NCBI RefSeq assembly: GCF_006345805.1
Contig: NC_043025.1
Span: 4,278,001 to 4,342,000, forward strand
Length of the DNA: 64,000 nucleotides
Source: Octopus sinensis
Taxonomy: Eukaryota
Direction of reading: 5' to 3'
A model generated the notes under the pieces. That model was not told the DNA's origin. It worked only from the letters and a program-made list of their open reading frames with translations, and did no database searches. The stretch's first letter is position 1; each line of letters opens with the position of its first letter. This document shows, piece by piece, positions 61,368 to 64,000 of the stretch. The position numbers and the translations under genes were made by a program.

Positions 61368-62247
61368 AATACATACATACATACATGACAGGCGTCTTCC
61401 AGTTTCCATCTACCAAATCAACTCACTAGGCTTTGGTTGGCCTGGGTCTATAGTAGAAGACACTTGCCTAAGGTGGCATCTTCTACTGTAGCTTCAGGTC
61501 AACCGAAGCCTTGTGAGTGGATTTGGTAAATGGAAACTGAAAGAAGCCAGTCATGTGTGTGTGTGTGTGTCCAGTCACACCACCATTTGACAACTGGTGT
61601 TGGTATGTTTACGTCCTCGTAACTTAGCAGTCTGGCAAAAGAGACTGATTGAATATGTATCAGGCTTTAAAAAATAAGTACGGGGGAGGGGCAATACATT
61701 TGACAAAAACATTCTTCAAAGCATTGTCCCAGCATGGCCACAGTCTAATGACTGACACAAGTAAAAGAAATATATATATATATATGTATGTGTGCGTGTC
61801 TGTGTTTACGTCCCCGTAACTTAACAGTTCGGCAAAAGAGACCGATAGAATGAGTACTATGCTTACAAAGGATAAGTCCTGATGTTGTTTTGTTCGACTG
61901 AAGGCTGTGCTCCAGCATGGCCACAGTCAAATGACTGAAACAAATAAAAGAATATATATATATATATATATAATCATCATCATCATTTAGCGTCCACTTT
62001 CCATGCTAGCATGGGTAGGACGGTTCAACTGGGGTCTGTGAAGCCAGACGGCTGCATCGGGTCCAGTCTGATCTGGCAGTGTTTCTACGGCTGGATGCCC
62101 TTCCTAACGCTAACCAGTCCGTGAGTGTAGTGGCTGCTTTTTATATATATATATATATAATTATTAATATTTGAGGGAATAAAATCCAAAACTTACAAGG
62201 AAAAAAAATTCAATTTAGAAGTACTAAATCAAATTTCACACAATATA

Positions 62248-62300
<53 letters not shown>

Positions 62301-62499
62301 TATATAAATAAAAATTAGAAAAAAACCACCTTTTATCAATTCAAAATGAACAATTAAATTACACCATCCAGAAAATTACACTTAAAAGAAATATTAACAT
62401 TAAAATAACAATAAAATGTCAATGACTAAGTAAATTGCAAAAAAAAAAATAATAATATCTTATGTAAAATGTGTATATATGTATATATATGAGTGTGTA

Positions 62500-62806
62500 G
62501 AGGCGCAATCGCCCAGTGGTTAGGGCAGCAGACTCGCGGTTGTAGGGTCGCAGTTTCGATTCCCAGAACGGGCGTTGTGAGTGTTTATTGAGCGAAAGCA
62601 CCTAAAGCTCCACGAGGCTCCGGCAGGGGGTGGTGTCGCACCCTGCTGTACTCCTTCACCACTCTTTCTCTTTCTCTTTCTTCTGTTGCCCTGCTCGCTT
62701 AGCCAGCGGGGTGGTGTCATTTGAAGGCTAAAACAATGTGAAGCGCATTGTGACCAGCGATGTGGAGAAACATCTGATGGCGTGGTCGGTCACGGTAATC
62801 ACGGTG

Positions 62807-62810
<4 letters not shown>
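62500..62810 (+). mobile_element. SINE family D
   Basis: GAGGCGCAATCGCCCAGTGGTTAGGG...GTTTCGATTCCCAG head. Confidence 0.85.
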
Positions 62811-62859
<49 letters not shown>

Positions 62860-62911
62860 GTTTAAATATTTGTTGTGCAAGATTTTTATGTGAAGTCGTG
62901 TGTTGAAACAG

Positions 62912-63303
62912 ATATTGTTGTATTTAGGAATGGTCATATTGCCAGTTTAGCCAATAAAAACACACGTGCTATATATTTGGTGTTACTTTGCTTCAGTGTT
63001 ATTTATTTTTTACATTAATCTTAATCTTATTTCAGCCAGAGTTCTTTCGTCACACTCCTATGACCGCATCAGTGGTCCTTTGTTTTCTTCTTTCTTATTT
63101 GTGTCTCTCCTTACTAACCGTCAGCCATTTTGTATTTCTATTGTGATGCGGTCACAGGAGTGTGACGAAAGAACTCTGGCCGAAATAAGATTAAGATTAA
63201 TGTAAAAAATAAATAACACTGAAGCAAAGTAACACCAAATATATAGTGCGTGTGTTTTTATTGGCTAAACTGGCAAAATGACCATTCCTAAATACAACAA
63301 TAT
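62912..63303. mobile_element. Penelope-type terminus: ~159-bp inverted arms with a 74-bp spacer
   Basis: Arms 62912-63070 and 63145-63303 are near-perfect reverse complements. Confidence 0.75.
63034..63078 (-). ncRNA. Hammerhead-like motif with variant core CUGAUGCG
   Basis: GGACCA-CTGATG-CG-GTCATA/GGAG/TGTGAC-GAAA-GAAC-TC-TGGCT. Confidence 0.45.
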
Positions 63304-63321
63304 ATATATATATATATATAT

Positions 63322-63356
<35 letters not shown>

Positions 63357-63404
63357 AAAACACACTCACAAACATACTCATTATGATGTTTTTTTCTGTT
63401 TTAG

Positions 63405-63575
63405 ACTCGAAAGTCACGATCTCACTCCAGAAGTCGGTCCAGATCAAAATCAAGATCACCCTACCGGTCAGCTCGCACTTCCCGCCATCGACGTAAGAAG
63501 CATAGCTTTAGGTCAAAGTCACGGTCGCACTCTAGGAGCCGGCGCTACCGCAGGTCCCGCTCACCTCACAAAAGA
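63405..63575 (+). CDS. RS-domain protein gene, RS-rich exon (gene continues beyond the window)
   Basis: Acceptor TTTTCTGTTTTAG; TRKSRSHSRSRSRSKSRSPY...RRSRSPHKR; donor AGA|GTAAGT; 171 nt, phase 0-0. Confidence 0.9.
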
Positions 63576-63753
63576 GTAAGTTTTTTTTTTTTTTTTTAAT
63601 GTTTATCATCGCATCAATGTGGCTGTTCCATGGGAATCTATGTTACTGTTGTTTTTAACCCCAGGAGAATCCTCCTCCCACAGGTTATCAATGCAACCTG
63701 CACCTGATAAATATATTGCACGCAGGGAAGCGAAACCCTGCCATCTTCTAGCA

Positions 63754-64000
63754 CAGTGCCTCTTAAACTATGGGTCACGACCCCCAAATGGGGTTGTGAA
63801 AATTAAATTCAAACACTTGAATTTCAGTTTATATGTTATTTCATAAATGCATATCTAATACTGGGGTCACAAAAAATCTGGTGATGATAAATGGGGTCAT
63901 GAATGAAAAGAGGTTTAACCCTTTTGTTACCATATTTCTGTTGAGGTGCTCTGTGTTTCTTTCAATTATTTTAAATATAACAAAGAATTTAGTAAAATAA
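63754..64000. mobile_element. hAT-like MITE (CAGTG start) cut by a TTAA|CCC piggyBac-like element running off the window
   Basis: CAGTGCCTCTTAAACTATGGGTCACGACCCC...; TTAACCC at 63915-63921. Confidence 0.5.

Overview
Eukaryotic, AT-rich, very repeat-dense genomic DNA. The SINE/LINE repertoire looks like an octopus (coleoid cephalopod) genome; this is inferred from pattern recognition only. Host genes: (1) two head-to-head, inverted paralogues of a two-exon, 334-aa NADP-type short-chain dehydrogenase/reductase (RDH11-14-like), at 16778..12515 (-) and 20720..23383 (+); (2) a multi-exon + strand gene for an Arg/Ser-rich protein (candidate first exon 30471-30545; exons 55644-55986, 57589-57608, 60175-60375, 63405-63575) that runs out of the window. 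The rest is mostly tRNA-derived SINEs (often in tandem multimers), RTE, CR1, L1/Tx1, R4 and Penelope remnants, MITEs (piggyBac-, Merlin-, hAT- and Tc1/mariner-like), Helitrons and microsatellites. Main highlights: (a) at least seven sequence-distinct hammerhead-ribozyme (HHR) motifs in Penelope-type, often palindromic ends, including a complete minimal HHR with a compensated G3:C8 core swap (19691-19740) and a tandem palindrome carrying four HHRs (3098-3650); (b) a 5.7-kb, 108-bp satellite grown from the interior of a piggyBac-like MITE (47916-53588); (c) mosaic divergence between the SDR paralogues, with hypervariable substrate loops and an identical C-terminus; (d) a 20-nt microexon that can act as a frame switch in the RS gene. 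All alignments, counts and folds were done by eye, and boundaries of degraded repeats are approximate. No rRNA, true tRNA gene or CRISPR array was seen.
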